From assembly GCA_964016885.1 (NCBI GenBank), contig OZ024745.1, positions 86,366,001 through 86,430,000 of the forward strand: a DNA stretch of 64,000 nucleotides, written 5' to 3'. Of this stretch, positions 45,163 through 60,301 are shown one piece after another; positions within the stretch are counted from its first letter, which is position 1; every line of letters begins with the position of its first letter. A program made the translations under genes and the position numbers. This DNA comes from Eledone cirrhosa. Its lineage: Eukaryota. The notes under the pieces were generated by a model. It was not told the DNA's origin, made no database searches, and saw nothing but the letters and a program-made list of their open reading frames with translations.

Positions 45163-47635
45163 AATAAAATTCAGGTTTTGTGTGTCATTTCTTCAGGTAA
45201 CTTCACTCATGATATTGCTACCATAATTCAGTAGTTTCTATTGTCTATCCCTTTACATAGTAAATTGTTTGGTTTGAAAGAGCAGTCAGTTATTAATAAT
45301 TCAACAATTTGTAAATATTTAGATGAATGCTTCCTGTCCAACTATGATAAAAGGATTAGAACAAAAGAATTAAATTATTAACATCCCCTATCTTTCACAT
45401 TATCATTGTATTCATTTTCTTCCTGCATTGTTTTTAGTACTGGTTCACTCATTTTCTTAACTGTAAACATTGGTTGTTGTTTGTTGTTTTTACAATTTCA
45501 AACTTTTGCAGATTGCAGGATCAATTTTTACAGTTGATTTTCTACCAAGTTGAAGTGATGTCAGCTTGTCAGCCAGCTTTATTGAGCCCACAAGGTCCTT
45601 TCTCCAAATCTTAAATACCTTTACAATCCTGTATCATATTGGTATTATCACTTGTACACACTACTGACACCTTTTGTTACTATATTTCTAATGAAAGACA
45701 TTGTTTATAATTTTTAAGGATAAAATAAAAATTAGGAAGGATTTAGGAATAACCTATTAAACTGGTGTTTATGATATGACCTAACAAAGGTTCTTACATA
45801 AAACTTTGATGGAAGGTTTTTAGATACATATAAACACTATGAACACAAATAGCTTTGTATCATAGATTCAGGGGCAGTTCAGTATCAAAAGGGTTAGCCA
45901 TAATATTTTTCAATATATGTAAATTACAATGCCTGTTCTTCCCTTGCTAGCAGTGAAAATGGATGTTACATGATGATGATGTAAGTAGAGTAGACCTTCA
46001 TTTTGAACAAATGTCAGACTTGGCTCATCATTGGACAGTATGTAACTATATTTTATAGATTTTACGGTTTAGTATGCAGTTGTAAAATTAAGTGGCCTAT
46101 TCTTCCCTGCTTTTCATACAAAACTCTGTTGAATCTCCCTTTCAAATTTTCCCATGTTTGTCTTCTTTCCAATCAATGCTACTTACAGAAGAACCCTTTT
46201 GTTTTACATATCAACACCAACCTGTAGCTGTATTAATAGACTTCTATTTCACTTATCAACAATTTTATCTTTGATTCTCAAGCTTATGAGTAATTAAAAA
46301 AAAAATCAATCAAACCATCTTTATATTTTGAATTTTTTTTTTGCTGTGTTACAGTATAGTATTTTGTTTGTGTTTTTACCAAAGTTGGCATGCATAAAAA
46401 AAAATCAAGCTGATAGACTAATGTTGGTTGATAGACTGATGTTAGCAAGGTTGACATGTATTTAAAAAACAAGCTTAACCACAGAAACTTAACAAAGAAG
46501 TAGTGTTGATATAATATTATATAATGATTCCATTAAGTCTAGACTTCATTGACTGAAAAACTCTTTTTTTCATAATTACATTGAATATTTGTAGTAAATC
46601 CATTCTTCTTCTTCATCATTTTGTCTGCTTTAGGCCATGTATATCCAGTTTAGAATAGTTACACTGTACCTCTGTATGTTGTTAGAAGTGACTAAAAGAG
46701 TTGGCTTCAGGAAGGGCAACCTGGCTGTAAAACATTACCTAAAAAAGGTCTGTCTAATCCATGCCAATATGGAAAAGCTGATGTAAAGATGATAATGATT
46801 TCTATATTAGGCTGGTCGGAGACATCTCATCTTGCTCATACATTCCATATTTGGCATGTTTTCTATAGCTGGATGCTCTTCCTAAAGTGAATCACTTTAC
46901 ATAGCGTACCGGGTACATTTTATTGTAGTATCAGCACTAGAGAGGTTGTCATATGCTTGATCAGACTGGAGAGTACTCTCTACCGTGTATTGTCTGTTTG
47001 ATCTGCAATCACATTACAGAGTGTACTAGGTGCATTTTATGACACCAACTTAGTAAGAAGCTCCCCTTTTCATGTTGTTTAACAAAATGTACTAGGTGTA
47101 TTTTATGGCACCAACTCAGTAAGAAGGTCCCTTTATGTTGTTTCAATCTGTTCGTCTAGCACTGAGTGCTTTCTGTTACAACACCACCACTAGGGAGGTT
47201 GTATTGTCCACTGCTGGCCAAAGGGTCCTTCCCAATCCATATAATTGTTAGTTTTATTATTTATTTAAAAGGTCAGTTGCTACTCTGTGGATTTATATTA
47301 ACATTCAAACATCATTTGACTCAATAAATTTTTTTACACATTTAAAATAATGTTCAGCATATTCTAAGACAATTATTCAATATCGTACCAAACAAAATTC
47401 TATCCTCCTTTAAAAGCATAAATTTATATAATAGAATCTACATTTTTAACATGCCATTTATTATTAGTATTGAAATATTCCAAATTTTTTATACCCCTTT
47501 TTGATACATATTTACATATTTGCTTTTCTTCATATAGACTTTTAAATGAAACTATCCATTTCCATATAGCTGGAAAATTTCTAGTGTAATGTAAAACAAC
47601 AATTAGCTAATAGACTTATACTTTCACTTTTTAAG

Positions 47636-47763
47636 GGATGAAGATCGGCATAGAGACAGTGATAAAGACCACATGAAGGAAGGCAGGAAACCCGAAAAGA
47701 AGATCTCCATCTTCGAACAGTTCAATATCCCCAAACCACAGATACAGCTAAATCCATTTACAG
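47636..47763 (+). CDS. DHX15: DHX15/Prp43, first recognisable coding exon (DEDRHRDSDK...QLNPFTG)
   Basis: AG/GT boundaries; splices in frame to give [13 protein letters not shown]; the upstream start exon was not found. Confidence 0.85.
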
Positions 47764-47899
47764 GTGGAATTTTGATGCTTTTCTCTAAATGTCATTGTTA
47801 TTAATTTTACAATTTTGTGTAACATTTATTACATAATAATGTGGTACTAAATATTTATGAATAATAATTGTGTAGTTTTAAGTATATATTATAGTAGCT

Positions 47900-48870
47900 A
47901 TGAACAAGGTGGAAAAGTTTCAGAGAGTTAATGTCTCGGTTGATAACAAATTAGGTTTTTTTTTTGTCCCACTGAAAGGTTGATTGTTTGATGCCTGCAT
48001 GTGAAGTGCTATGATGATACATGGGTAGTGAATGTGGAGAATATACTAAGACTGGAAAGAAATGAATTAACCCTTTAGCATTCACATTACTCTACATATA
48101 CAATTGTATTTTTGCGGTAAAGGCTTTATCTCACAATTATCTTACATAATATCAAATCTATGAGATTTTGATATTATTTATTTTGAGAGCGGCCATTTAC
48201 AGCTGGTTTGAACAGAAAGAGGTGAGAGAGATATGGCTGGTTTAAATGCTAAAGGGTTAAGCATGCTCTGTAGGATGATGCATGGTAGTAAGATATGGGT
48301 AGTGAATGTGGAGAATATACTAAGACTGGAGAGAAATGAATGAAGCATGTCCTGTAGGATGATGCATTGTAGTAAGATATGGGTGGTGAATGTGGAGAGT
48401 ATACAAAGACTTGTGAGAAATGAATCAAGCATGTCCTGTAGGATGATGCATGGAAGTAAGATATAGGTAGTGAATGTGAAGAATATACTAAGACTGGAGA
48501 GAAATGAATTAAGCATGTCCTGTAGGATATGTAATATTAGTGTGCATGAATGACTGCACAAATAAGCTGAGAGAAAAAACTGAGCATAAGAGGGATCAAT
48601 TATAGCCTGCAAGACAGAAGGTTGTGTTGGCATGTAATACGTATGGATGATGGTTGGGTGAAGGTGTGCCAACAGTTCCAAATGGAAGGAAGCTGTAGAA
48701 GAGAAAGAAGACCAAGAAGGACAGGCAGAGGTGGTAAAATCTGATTTCAAGAAACTACACTTCACAAAGAGATGGCAAAATAAACAACCAAAGTGGAGAG
48801 ATGCTCTACTAGATAGGACTCCTCTAACCTAAGTATGCATGGAAAAATAGACATGAAAACAATGATATCA
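47900..48870 (+). mobile_element. Decayed RTE 3' fragment with an ~84-bp internal tandem amplification
   Basis: Resembles the RTE C-terminal coding region (LHGSETW...LERNE); unit starts recur near 48274, 48358, 48443. Confidence 0.7.
48071..48256. mobile_element. piggyBac-type MITE
   Basis: TTAA-CCCTTTAGCATT...AATGCTAAAGGG-TTAA. Confidence 0.9.
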
Positions 48871-49419
48871 ATGTTTTAACTTAACAAAAATGAATTTATA
48901 TGACAGTTGATCTGGTTTTTAAAAACTTATTAGAGAAACAAGTGTAGGCAGTAAGAAATGAAATAAAAGCATCTGCTAACTCTTATTTAACATCCTGTAC
49001 TGCATGAAACTGCATTAGCAAGATATTCTTGAAAAATACAAATCAGCAGTATAATTGCATTACATTAAGAATGAAAGTCTTTGTTTTAGTTTTGTGCAAA
49101 TACATCACATCCATTAGTAAAGATACTATAAACATTTGAATTAACAAATCCATTTTTTAATATTTTCTGCTAAGATCATTACCAGAAGTAAAATGTTAAA
49201 TATGGTGTTTAGAGACATGTAGATAGAATATTTGTGTTGGCAAGGTGTTAATGAAAGAGAGTTTCATTTAATATAATGTTTTGCTAAACAATGTTGTGAG
49301 CATGTAGAGTATATTTACGTATTGTCTTGTGTGGTGTGTTCCATTTGCATCTGAGATATTTTAGAAGAGCAGAAATTATTGAACAGTGTGTATTGAATAA
49401 AAATAGATGAAAAGGATAA

Positions 49420-49704
<285 letters not shown>

Positions 49705-50661
49705 TAAAGACAAAACTGTATACAATCACTTCGTTTGCTAGAAATGGCAACCAAATATCCCACAAATTACACCCTATTATCTTAAGGGTGATTAGGTAAT
49801 TCTAGAAATGCACTGTTCAATAGGATGATAAGATCATGGTTGAAATGCTTTTGATCATAGGTCAGCTCAGTCAGGACTCAGTTGGAGTTAAAAGTTAACT
49901 TAGATAAGGTGTACTTGTTATTAAAGCCAGGGTGCTGGACTACTGGTTGTATAAGAATGATTTCAAATTTCATTACTGCTATTGTTTTGCTTCAGTTTTT
50001 CTGACTCACTGTTTGTTTTATTCCTATTGTATTGTTGACTCAACATACTTGAATTGTAACTCTTCTCTAGATTTTGTGATAAAACACTTTTTAGGTCACT
50101 CTATTGGATTATTAAAAATGAGTTTCTTTGTTGCAATATATATTTTACCACTAAACAAGAGACATTATTTTTGTCACAGCATTGTTAGCTGACAAGAGGT
50201 GTTATTTCTTTATAGCTGGAGGTGTTATTCCTTCAGAGAATTCAGGTATTAAATTTTACTGCAGCTATTTATAACTCCCATGTAATAGTCCTTATTTATA
50301 AAACTAACCAGTGGCTATCATGTTACCCCAAATTAAACTCTAGCTAAACTATTTTCATGTTTTCTTTGAGGATTGATAGGTGTATAGTTTTAAGCACTAT
50401 GCTTAAAATATAAAATATAAATGCAAACGTAAAATATAAAAATTTGTGCATATTGTCAACAAAATTTTATTCAGATGGTTGTTGGATATTTCTAAATACC
50501 TGTTATAGTTTTGGTTCAAGCTTGAAGAGAAATGTGAAAAGTCTTTTTCTTCTGTATTTATGCTATTGATTATTTGTAGGTTTAATGATGTGATGTACAG
50601 CATTGTTTTAATCTTGAAAAGCAGTTGATCATTGCATGTCTTTTTTTTTTCATTTTTTTAA

Positions 50662-50859
<198 letters not shown>

Positions 50860-51870
50860 TAAGTGTATGTGTGTGTGTAGTATAGATGAATGAAAAAGAA
50901 ATAAAGAAGACTGAATTAGTTGTAATTTTACAGTGCTCCCATTACTTATAAGTTATGAGATGTAATCTATCCTGTGATATCTATTTATAGCTCAGTGGAC
51001 TAGTCCATGTAAAACTGAATGTCTTGGCTACTGTCATATGTTGTTGACAACAAGATATGAATGGCTGACCATTTAGCTATTGTTGGAAAACCTGTGTTTA
51101 ATCATCATTTCTATGTCCACATTTTTCTATTCTGGCATTGCTTGGATGTGGCAGACCTCTATTGATGGTGGCCTTTCCTGACACTAACCTTTACTCATTT
51201 TCAAGTAAAATACTTTATTCCATTGGTCTTTTCTTGTCAAACCTCTGAGCTGTAGGGCATGTTTATGGGTACATAAATCAAATGTCACTGCTGTTCAAGT
51301 GATATCAAATGTGAAGACAATCAGACAAACACACACACATGTGTAACACAACAGATTTTTGTCTATCAAATTCCACTCAAGATATTGGCCAACCTGAGGC
51401 TATAGTAGAAGACACCAGTCCAGCAGGTCACACATTAGGATTGAACCCCAAATCATGTTGTGAAGTAAACTTTTTATCTACACAGCCATACCTGCACTTG
51501 TCTAATTCAAAAATAATTATTACTCACTTTATTTAGTTGAGTTGTTTGAAATATTTGAAAATGTTCTAGTTTAAGCACTTCAACATATATTGCTATGGTC
51601 TACATATAGAAAACTAACTAGTAACTATCATATTACTCCAAATTAAATTAAACTGTAGCTAAACTAAGTTCACGTTTGTTTGTCTTGTTTGAGAATTGAT
51701 ATAATTTCTTCCTAACTGTACAGATATATGACAGATGGCATTTTATATATTGCAATGGTCTACATTTAGAAAACCAACCAGTAACTATCATATTATGCCA
51801 AATTAAACTGTGGCTAAACTATATTCACGTTATTTTATCTTCATTGAGAGTTGATATAATTTCTTCCTAA

Positions 51871-52128
<258 letters not shown>

Positions 52129-52324
52129 TAATAGAAGCAAAGTTTCTATGAATGGAATGTGAATTCAGAGCTGAGATGACACCCAATATTGTAGAACATT
52201 TTGAATTGCAGTCTATTGTTTCTGCTAATTCTACTGATATTTTGAACAAATTGAGGACATTGTTTTGGGATTGGTTCTTTTACCAGAATGTATACAATGC
52301 TTTACTTTTTGTATAATAGTTTAA

Positions 52325-52544
52325 CCCTTTAGTGTTCAAACCGGCCAAAACCGGCCAGAATTCTCTACCTCTTTCTGTTGAAACTAGCTGTAACTGGTCG
52401 CTCAAACTGATGTTAAGGTATTATTCTCAAAATAAATACTTTCAAAATCTCATAGATTCGATATTATGTGAGATATTTATGTGAGGTAAAGCCTTTACCA
52501 TGAAAATATAATAGTATATATAAAATAATGGGAATGCTAAAGGG
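52325..52544. mobile_element. piggyBac-type MITE (partial copies also at ~24420-24555 and ~55010-55160)
   Basis: TTAA-CCCTTTAG...CTAAAGGG-TTAA. Confidence 0.9.
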
Positions 52545-53353
52545 TTAAATAAAATAAAAACTAGTCTTTAACTAGAAAGGTCAAGGTAGAATTTAGGTTT
52601 GTGTAAAACCTTAAGTTTGAGAATCTAAGAAGAGAATAACAAATATCTTGTATTGTATTTAGTCTTAAGATAATGAATTCTTTTTCTTTTAGTGATTTTA
52701 TAGAGGCTATGCTTGAATATATATTCTCATTTGATTTCTAAAGATTTTGTTCTCAGACATTTGAACAGCTAGTGAAATACTCAAGTTAGATAGCATCCAT
52801 AGAACAGTGTATCTATTAAGAATTGATATACAACCTGGTGGTGTGATGGATGATGATTGACAATTTGAATATGCTGGATATAGTTACGATTTTGAATAAT
52901 TATACCAATATATTAGTTATTTATATTTTTATCTAGAATTACTAAATTGTTCATTGTTGAGTTCACTTTGCAACCATTTGGTTTTGGGTTCTATCACACC
53001 GTGCAATACCTTGGATGGACAAGTAGCTTTCATTATAGTCTTGAGCTAACGAATGTCTTGTGACGTTTAGTAGATGGAAACTAACGAAACCCATCATGTG
53101 TGTTTTCTTCTCCCACATTTCTGGGAGGATCACGGAGGCAAAGTCCTCAAACACTCCTTCCGGAAGGTCCTGTCAAAAGCAACCATCTCCGAGCGAGACC
53201 AGCTGAGCTTATTCAACCATCTTGTTCGGATTCTACCTCTAGGTTTTCTGCTGGTTGACAGTTTACCGCATGCCTCTCATCGATGTTTAAAGCAAATGTG
53301 TTTGTGTCTACCATGAACAATATATTTCACAGTGTAGCTGTTTGATAAGTGGT

Positions 53354-53693
53354 ATCATCATCATCATCATTTTTACGTCCACTTTTCCCTGTTTGCAAGG
53401 GTGGGACGGGAACTGATTCTGGCTTGATTTCTACAGCTGGATGCCCTTCCTAACACCAACCTCATTTACAGTGAGTGCTGGGTGCTTTTTTGCCGTGGCA
53501 CCTCCACGACCACTTTGCAGTGGAATGATAGGGAACCCAGTCCCCATCATCTCATTTCTACAGCTGAGTAAACTGGAGCAATGTGAAATAAAGTGTCTTG
53601 CTCAAGGAAACAACACATCACCCTGTCTGAGAATTGAACTCACAACCTTTCGATTGCAAGACCAACGCTCTAACCACTAAGCCATGTGCCTCC
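53354..53693 (-). mobile_element. tRNA-derived SINE with RTE-B-like tail (same family as 21256-21633)
   Basis: High similarity to the 21256 copy; (GAT)n tail. Confidence 0.9.
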
Positions 53694-53846
53694 ATACTTA
53701 TAAAGTATGGGTTGATATCAAAGAAGGGCATCTAGTCATAGAGAAACTTTCTCAAAAATGCTAGCCTGTTTTACATGCTAGCATGTAAAACAGGCAACAA
53801 AATATTTTAGAAAATAAATTTTTAATAACTTCCATATTTTTTTTAG

Positions 53847-54041
<195 letters not shown>

Positions 54042-54096
54042 TGATTTGTTGGTAGTATTTTAAATGTTGCAAAATATCAGATTATTTTCTCTCACT

Positions 54097-54345
54097 GTCA
54101 TCATCATCATCTTTGCCAACTTATTCCTGAGAGGGTCAGGGGGACAGAGTCCTCAGACACTTCTTTCAGTGGGTCCTGTTAGAAGCAACTGTCTCCAACA
54201 GATCTGGCTGGACGCCCAAGCGAGACCAGTCTGTCCGTAAAAATTTTTCCAGAGACATTCTAACCACGTGTCCATAGTATCGATTCGGAGAATTAGCGGC
54301 TCTACTTGGAGTGACTCTCTGAGCTACGCACTCTTTCACAATCTT
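54097..54345 (-). mobile_element. 3' tail of a third RTE-like family (related pieces at ~53105-53285 and ~23200-23280)
   Basis: (CAT)n end and a shared AGTCCTCARACACT...GGTCC block in the three copies. Confidence 0.55.
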
Positions 54346-54526
54346 TGTCTATATATGTGTGCAACTTAGTGGTTAGCATGTTGGGCTTATGATTGTAATA
54401 TCCCCAGTTAGTAATGAAGTTTGTCATCTAACTTTGTTGACCTATATCAGGCTTTCTCTGACCTTTAAATTCTAAATGTAAATGCTAACAAAAAAAGATG
54501 GTATTTGTTTTTCTCCTTTTCACTAA

Positions 54527-54826
<300 letters not shown>

Positions 54827-55842
54827 TGACAAACACCTATAGCATCTTCATAAGATGTTTGTTTAGCCAAATTGTACTCATGTTAGAGGTATTTAGGAGT
54901 ATTTTGTGCAGTCTCCAGTGATTCTGCGATATGAATGCCATTGCCTCCGTCTCTGTCTTTGGTTTACTCCATATTTACTATTGTATTGTCACTGTAAACA
55001 CTTTATTTCACATTAAATCTACGAGATTTTGATATTATCAGAAGAATACTCTAACATTTGATTTTGAAAAGAATACCTTAACAGCCAGCTACGGCCGTTT
55101 GAAAAGAAAGAGGTGAGAGAATTCTGGCCAGATATGGGTGGTTTAAATGCTAAAGGGTTAAGTGAAAAGAAATAATCTATGAGATCTTTCCAAATTGAGT
55201 CTGTGATGGTTTAATATACATTGTGAATATACCATGACTGCACAAGATATTATTTACTTTGTAATCCTTAATCTCACTTTGAATTGACAAGGCCTTACTT
55301 TGGTGTATCCTCACTTTGAATTACAAATACTGTAGATGTTAGTCAGAGCTCTGATTCTTCAGACCCAAGGTGTTTGCTTGTGTTTTTATCTGGTCTTGCG
55401 GCTTTTGAATTATTAGATTTTCTGGTTACATTTTGGGTGTCTGATGAAAGGAATGGGTAAAAATTGTGGTTTATGTGGAAGATGCATATTTTGATTTGTG
55501 TTCTTGTCTTTGTTTTTTTTTTTTGTGGTTGATTTTTCACATGTCTGGTATGAGCATTTTATTGTAGTAGTAGTAGTATGGTTATATCGTTTAAAGTTAT
55601 TTTTATGATGTGGGATATGGTGTGACCATTGTTTTTGATGTTGCTAATTACTTAATATTGTGTTTTACTGTTTGCCAGTTTTATTTTATTTTTATTTTTT
55701 AATGATTTATTGTTTTCTATTATTTTTTTGTTGAGTACTGAGTGTGGTTTTAGTGTATTGTTTTTGAAATGTTTCTCTTTTATCAAGTTGGCTATTTCTG
55801 GTCATTAATTGGATTGTATTTTTTTAATGCTGCTTCGTGGAA

Positions 55843-58800
55843 ATCATCATCATCGTTTAACGTCCATCTTCTACGCTAGTATGGGTTTGGACGGGAATTT
55901 CCCCTCTTGAGGCAAGATTGGTTGTCTTGCTCGTATAGGACTGTCTGGCAGGTTTTCTACGGTTGGATGCCCTTCCTAACACCAACCACGTTTACAGTGT
56001 GGACTGGGAGGTTTTTACCGTGTTACCTACACGGCCACATTACAGCGTGGACTGTGTTTTTTTGTCGTGGCACCTACACTACCTCATTTATTTCAGACTC
56101 GATGTTGTGGTACCAACATAACTTTACATCGAAAGGGGTGGTGTGGATGGGGTGGGGGTAGTGGGTCTGGGGTGTATTTCTGTTAGAGGTGCCTACTGAC
56201 TAGGTTTCACTTTGTACTTAGGCAAGGCGGGTCTTTTGTATTACTGTGTAGCGCCAAAGATCTCGGTCCAGTGACATTGTCTTGGAGAGGTGTAAGTGTG
56301 TGAGGTCGGAATTTAGCAAGTCGTCCCAGGTTTTTCTGGGTCTGCCTACTCTGTGACTACCGTCTATTTTTTATCGCCCTGCACTTTTTTTATACAGCTG
56401 TCGTCTTTCATGCGCATCACGTGACCGTACCAACGTAATCTTCTCTTGAGTAAACAGCATCTGATCCCTCTTCCTAATTTCTCCCTTAGTTCGTTTATCC
56501 TTTGCCGTTCACGTATATTACTATTACACATCCAGCGGAGCAGGCAAGCTGCGTTCCTCTCCAGTCTGCGTATATCCTCTGCATACAATGCCCAGGTCTC
56601 ACTGCCATGCAACATTGCTGTTCGTATGCAGGCATCATACAGCTGCCTTTCATTTTTAATGAGAACCCTTTAGTGGCCAATAGTGGTATAAGCTCTCTGA
56701 ACTTTTTCCATCCCGTTCTGACTCTAGCTACTGTACTTTCGGAGCACCTTCCACCACTGCTGATTTTGTCACCCAGGTAACGGAAGGTGTCCACTATTTC
56801 TATATAAAATCTATATTCTTAGTTAGCTTACCTGTGATCCCACTACATCTTTTATGCACCCATACTTTGCATTTGGGACATAAAATGGAGTTTCTGCCTA
56901 CTCCTTTCCTAAACACTGAGCATGGCCATTTTTCAGATGGGAATGGTGCCTTATTTTCCTTCCTACAAACTAGAACTTTAGTCTTAGACAGGTTAATTTT
57001 AAAGCCTTTTGATTCTAGGCCATGCTTCCATATTTGGAATTTCTTCTTTAGTTCGGCCATTGATTCAGCTATGAGCGTTAGATCATCTGCGTATAGGAGT
57101 TCCCATGGGCAGCCGGTCTTGAACTCCTCTGTTATAGCCTGAAGGGCAATAATAAATAGGAGGGGGCTAAGGACGGAGCCCTGATGAACACCAACCTTTA
57201 CGCTAAACTCTTCACTATATTCGTTGTTAATTCTAACTTTGCTGACTGTTTCTTTATACATGGCTTGTATAGCTCTCACAAGCCATTCATCAACACCTAG
57301 TTTTCTAAGAGCCCACCAGTTAATGGAGTGGGGAACTCTGTCAAAGGCTTTCTCCAAGTCAACAAAAGCTAAGTATAGGGGTTTACTTTTAGCTAGGTAC
57401 TTCTCCTGTAGTTGTCGTACAATGAAAAGAGTGTCTGTGGTACTTTTACCTGACACAAACCCGAACTGCATTTCATCTAGATCAATTTGGTCTCTGATTA
57501 GTTGCGCTATTACTTTTTCTGTTACCTTCATGACCTGGTCGATTAATTTAATGCCTCTATAGTTACCCCTACCTAGGGCATCTCCTTTACCCTTGTAGTA
57601 GTTAATGATGATGCTGCTATGCCAGTCCTTCGGAACGACCCCATTCTGTATGTCTTGGTTTACTATCCAGGTGACCATAGTGTGTCCCACCGCGTTCCAG
57701 ATGCTTTCAGCATTTCAGCAACTATTTCCGAAGGCCCAGCCGCCTTACCCGTCTTCATATCTTTGATTGCCTTACTTATACTACCTTCAACTAGCACTGC
57801 TGGTCCCTGTATTGGATCGATGTGGGGGAGACTTTCTCCCATTTATTCTCCTCATTTAGTAGCCTTTCGTAGTGACAATTCCAAGCTACCTTCTTATTAG
57901 CGTCAGTGATGGCAAGTACACCATCATCATTAAGGACACACTTCTCCTCGACAATATCACTGTTTTCCTTGACACATTGCCTAGCAATCCTGAACACCTC
58001 ACGTTTTTGGTCCTCGTGTTGTAGAACATGCTTGAACTTTCTTTCCTCTGCTTCCCTTCTTGCGAAGTACACTTGTCTCCTAGCTTCCCTCCGGGTCACT
58101 TGATAGTCTTCTCTACTTCCCCAATCCTGCCATGCTTTCCAAGCCTGCTTTTTGGCCTTGATTGACCCCTCCACCTTACTGTTCCACCACCAAGTTGTTA
58201 CTCTCCTCCTGCCTATAGGTCTGCTCCAGCCACAGGTTTCATCTGTCGCCTTCAGCAGGTTAGCTTTCAGGAATTCCCACTGTTCCTCTCTATTGTACGA
58301 CTCTAAATTGCTCTTCCTTACTATCAAAAGCATCAAGTAATATGCTTTTAAATTTATTACTGGCTGTGGGGTCCTTTAACTTCCATATTTTTCTCCTGAG
58401 GATAGTCCTCTTCTGTTGTCGAGTACGTCTCATCCTGACTATGAGGTTGTTAATTATGAGTATGTTGAGAGGTGCATTCTTCATGGAGGAGGGATTTAGT
58501 GTTTACAACAGACACTCTGTCACGTCTTCTGGTAAGGATATAATCTATCTGGCTGGTGTGTTCCCCTGATCTATAGGTGATCAAGTGATTGTCTCGTTTT
58601 TTGAAGTTAGTGTTACAGATAGTTAGGTTATTTGCGTCACAGAATTCCAGGATTCTGGAGCCTTCCTCATTTCTAGTACCAAACCCATAGCCTCCATGGA
58701 TTCCGTCATAGCCGTCACTATGTAGTCACTGTCGGTTATTTGGGAGGTAGTGAGCATTAACATCTCATAGAATCTGTCTTTTATAACGCCAGGTAGTCCG

Positions 58801-59450
58801 GATTGTGGTGCATATGCAGATATTATTGTCACAGTAGTTCTATTGAGGACAAGTCTTATTTTAATTATTCTGTCGTTCACTCTATTTACGTCTATTATCT
58901 TATCTGCACACTTTTCTGCTACCATGATTCCTACTCCACCCAGCCCATTGTCATTTCCCACCCAGAAAAACTTATATCATCGTTCTTTACCCACAATGAA
59001 TCTAGCAGACCCACCCCTCCACCTGGTCTCTTGAATACAGCAAACATCGACCTCCTTACGTTCAAGCATTTCTACAACCTCGTTAGAGCGACCTTTTAAG
59101 GTGCCTACATTCATGGTACCAACTCTGAAGTTTTGGATTGCATTTAGTGGGTGGGAACGGTGCGGTGAGGGGGTTGGGGTTATGTTGGCCTACCGCGGTC
59201 GAAACAAAGAGGAGGAGGAGTCCTTGCCTTTTCGTTCCGCAACATGAAGTGAATTTGTCTTTATCTTTGGCATTGTCACTGAGTGTCCAGAATTTTTTTC
59301 AGACTCCAGAATTCCCTAATCCATCCATCATATCGAAAGGCAACTGGAAGAAGTGATAGCATAGGCCGCTGACTTATGATTGGTCTAAATAATAATAATG
59401 GTGGTGAGTGGGGGCGGGCAGGAGGGGTATGGGGTAGTTAGCGAGAAGGT
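55843..59450 (-). mobile_element. Degraded near-full-length RTE family A copy in a DHX15 intron (antisense)
   Basis: Fragmented ORFs 58623-58961, 57791-58336, 56800-57690, 56495-56794 collinear with the 991-aa ORF; deletion near 56805; 5' limit approximate. Confidence 0.93.
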
Positions 59451-59988
59451 TTAAATAAAATCCTCGAAATTTGGGCATAATTGGACAAGCATATAACAGT
59501 AATAAGCGAATAATATTTAGAACAACCTGACAGAATTATGGAATAGCATTGAGATGGACGGGGAAATGGAGAGACAAGAAAAGAAAATGGCATTTTACAT
59601 TACATTTCACAGGAGAACAAATAGTGTGACCATTAATAAGATTTGACAAATTCTGAGATTCGTACCTCGTAACAGGTTTATTTGGTGAGAGAAGGGGGGG
59701 GGGGGGGGTTAAACATTTATTTTTATTTGTCTATAATTATTTGGTTGTATCAAAGGCTGCAGTGTCTTTGTTGGCTTATTGTGTTGTTGAATTTTGGAAA
59801 TCTTGATTCTACCTCTCAATGAAATATGTTTTGTTGTTTCATTTTTGAAGTTTGTAAAAGTGCTTTGCTCTCTTCATTTGTGTGTGTGTGTTGTGCTGAT
59901 AATTGGTAGGTGGGTGGAGGAAAGTTGAATTGTTTGCCAAGTGTTTGTGCTAGCTATGTGTATAAAATAGGTGGTGATGTCTGGGGAA

Positions 59989-60301
59989 GGCGCATGGCTT
60001 AGTGGTTAGTACATTGGGCTTACAATTGAGAGGTTGTGAGTTCGATTCTCGGACCAGATGATGCGTTGTCCTTGAGCAAGACACTTTATTTCACGTTGCT
60101 CCAGTTTATTCAGCTGCAGAAATGAGATGTGACGTCACTGGTGCCAAGCTGTATCGGTCATTGCCTTTCCCTTGGACAACATTGATGGCATGGGCGACTA
60201 CTGGTCTTCCACAAAACAAACCTTGCCCAGGTTTGTGCCTCTGAGGGGAACTTTCTCGGTGCAAAACCATGGTCATTCGTGACCGAGTGGGGCCATAGAG
60301 A
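59989..60301 (+). mobile_element. tRNA-derived SINE with 13-bp TSD
   Basis: A box TGGCTTAGTGG, B box GAGTTCGATTC; TSD GATGTCTGGGGAA at 59976-59988 and 60302-60314. Confidence 0.9.

Noticed and set aside
48178-48765. 195-aa minus-strand ORF
   Set aside because: Product of the 84-bp tandem repeat in a decayed RTE.
59989-60060. tRNA gene
   Set aside because: A and B boxes are present, but it continues into a SINE body with a TSD and no complete cloverleaf is evident.
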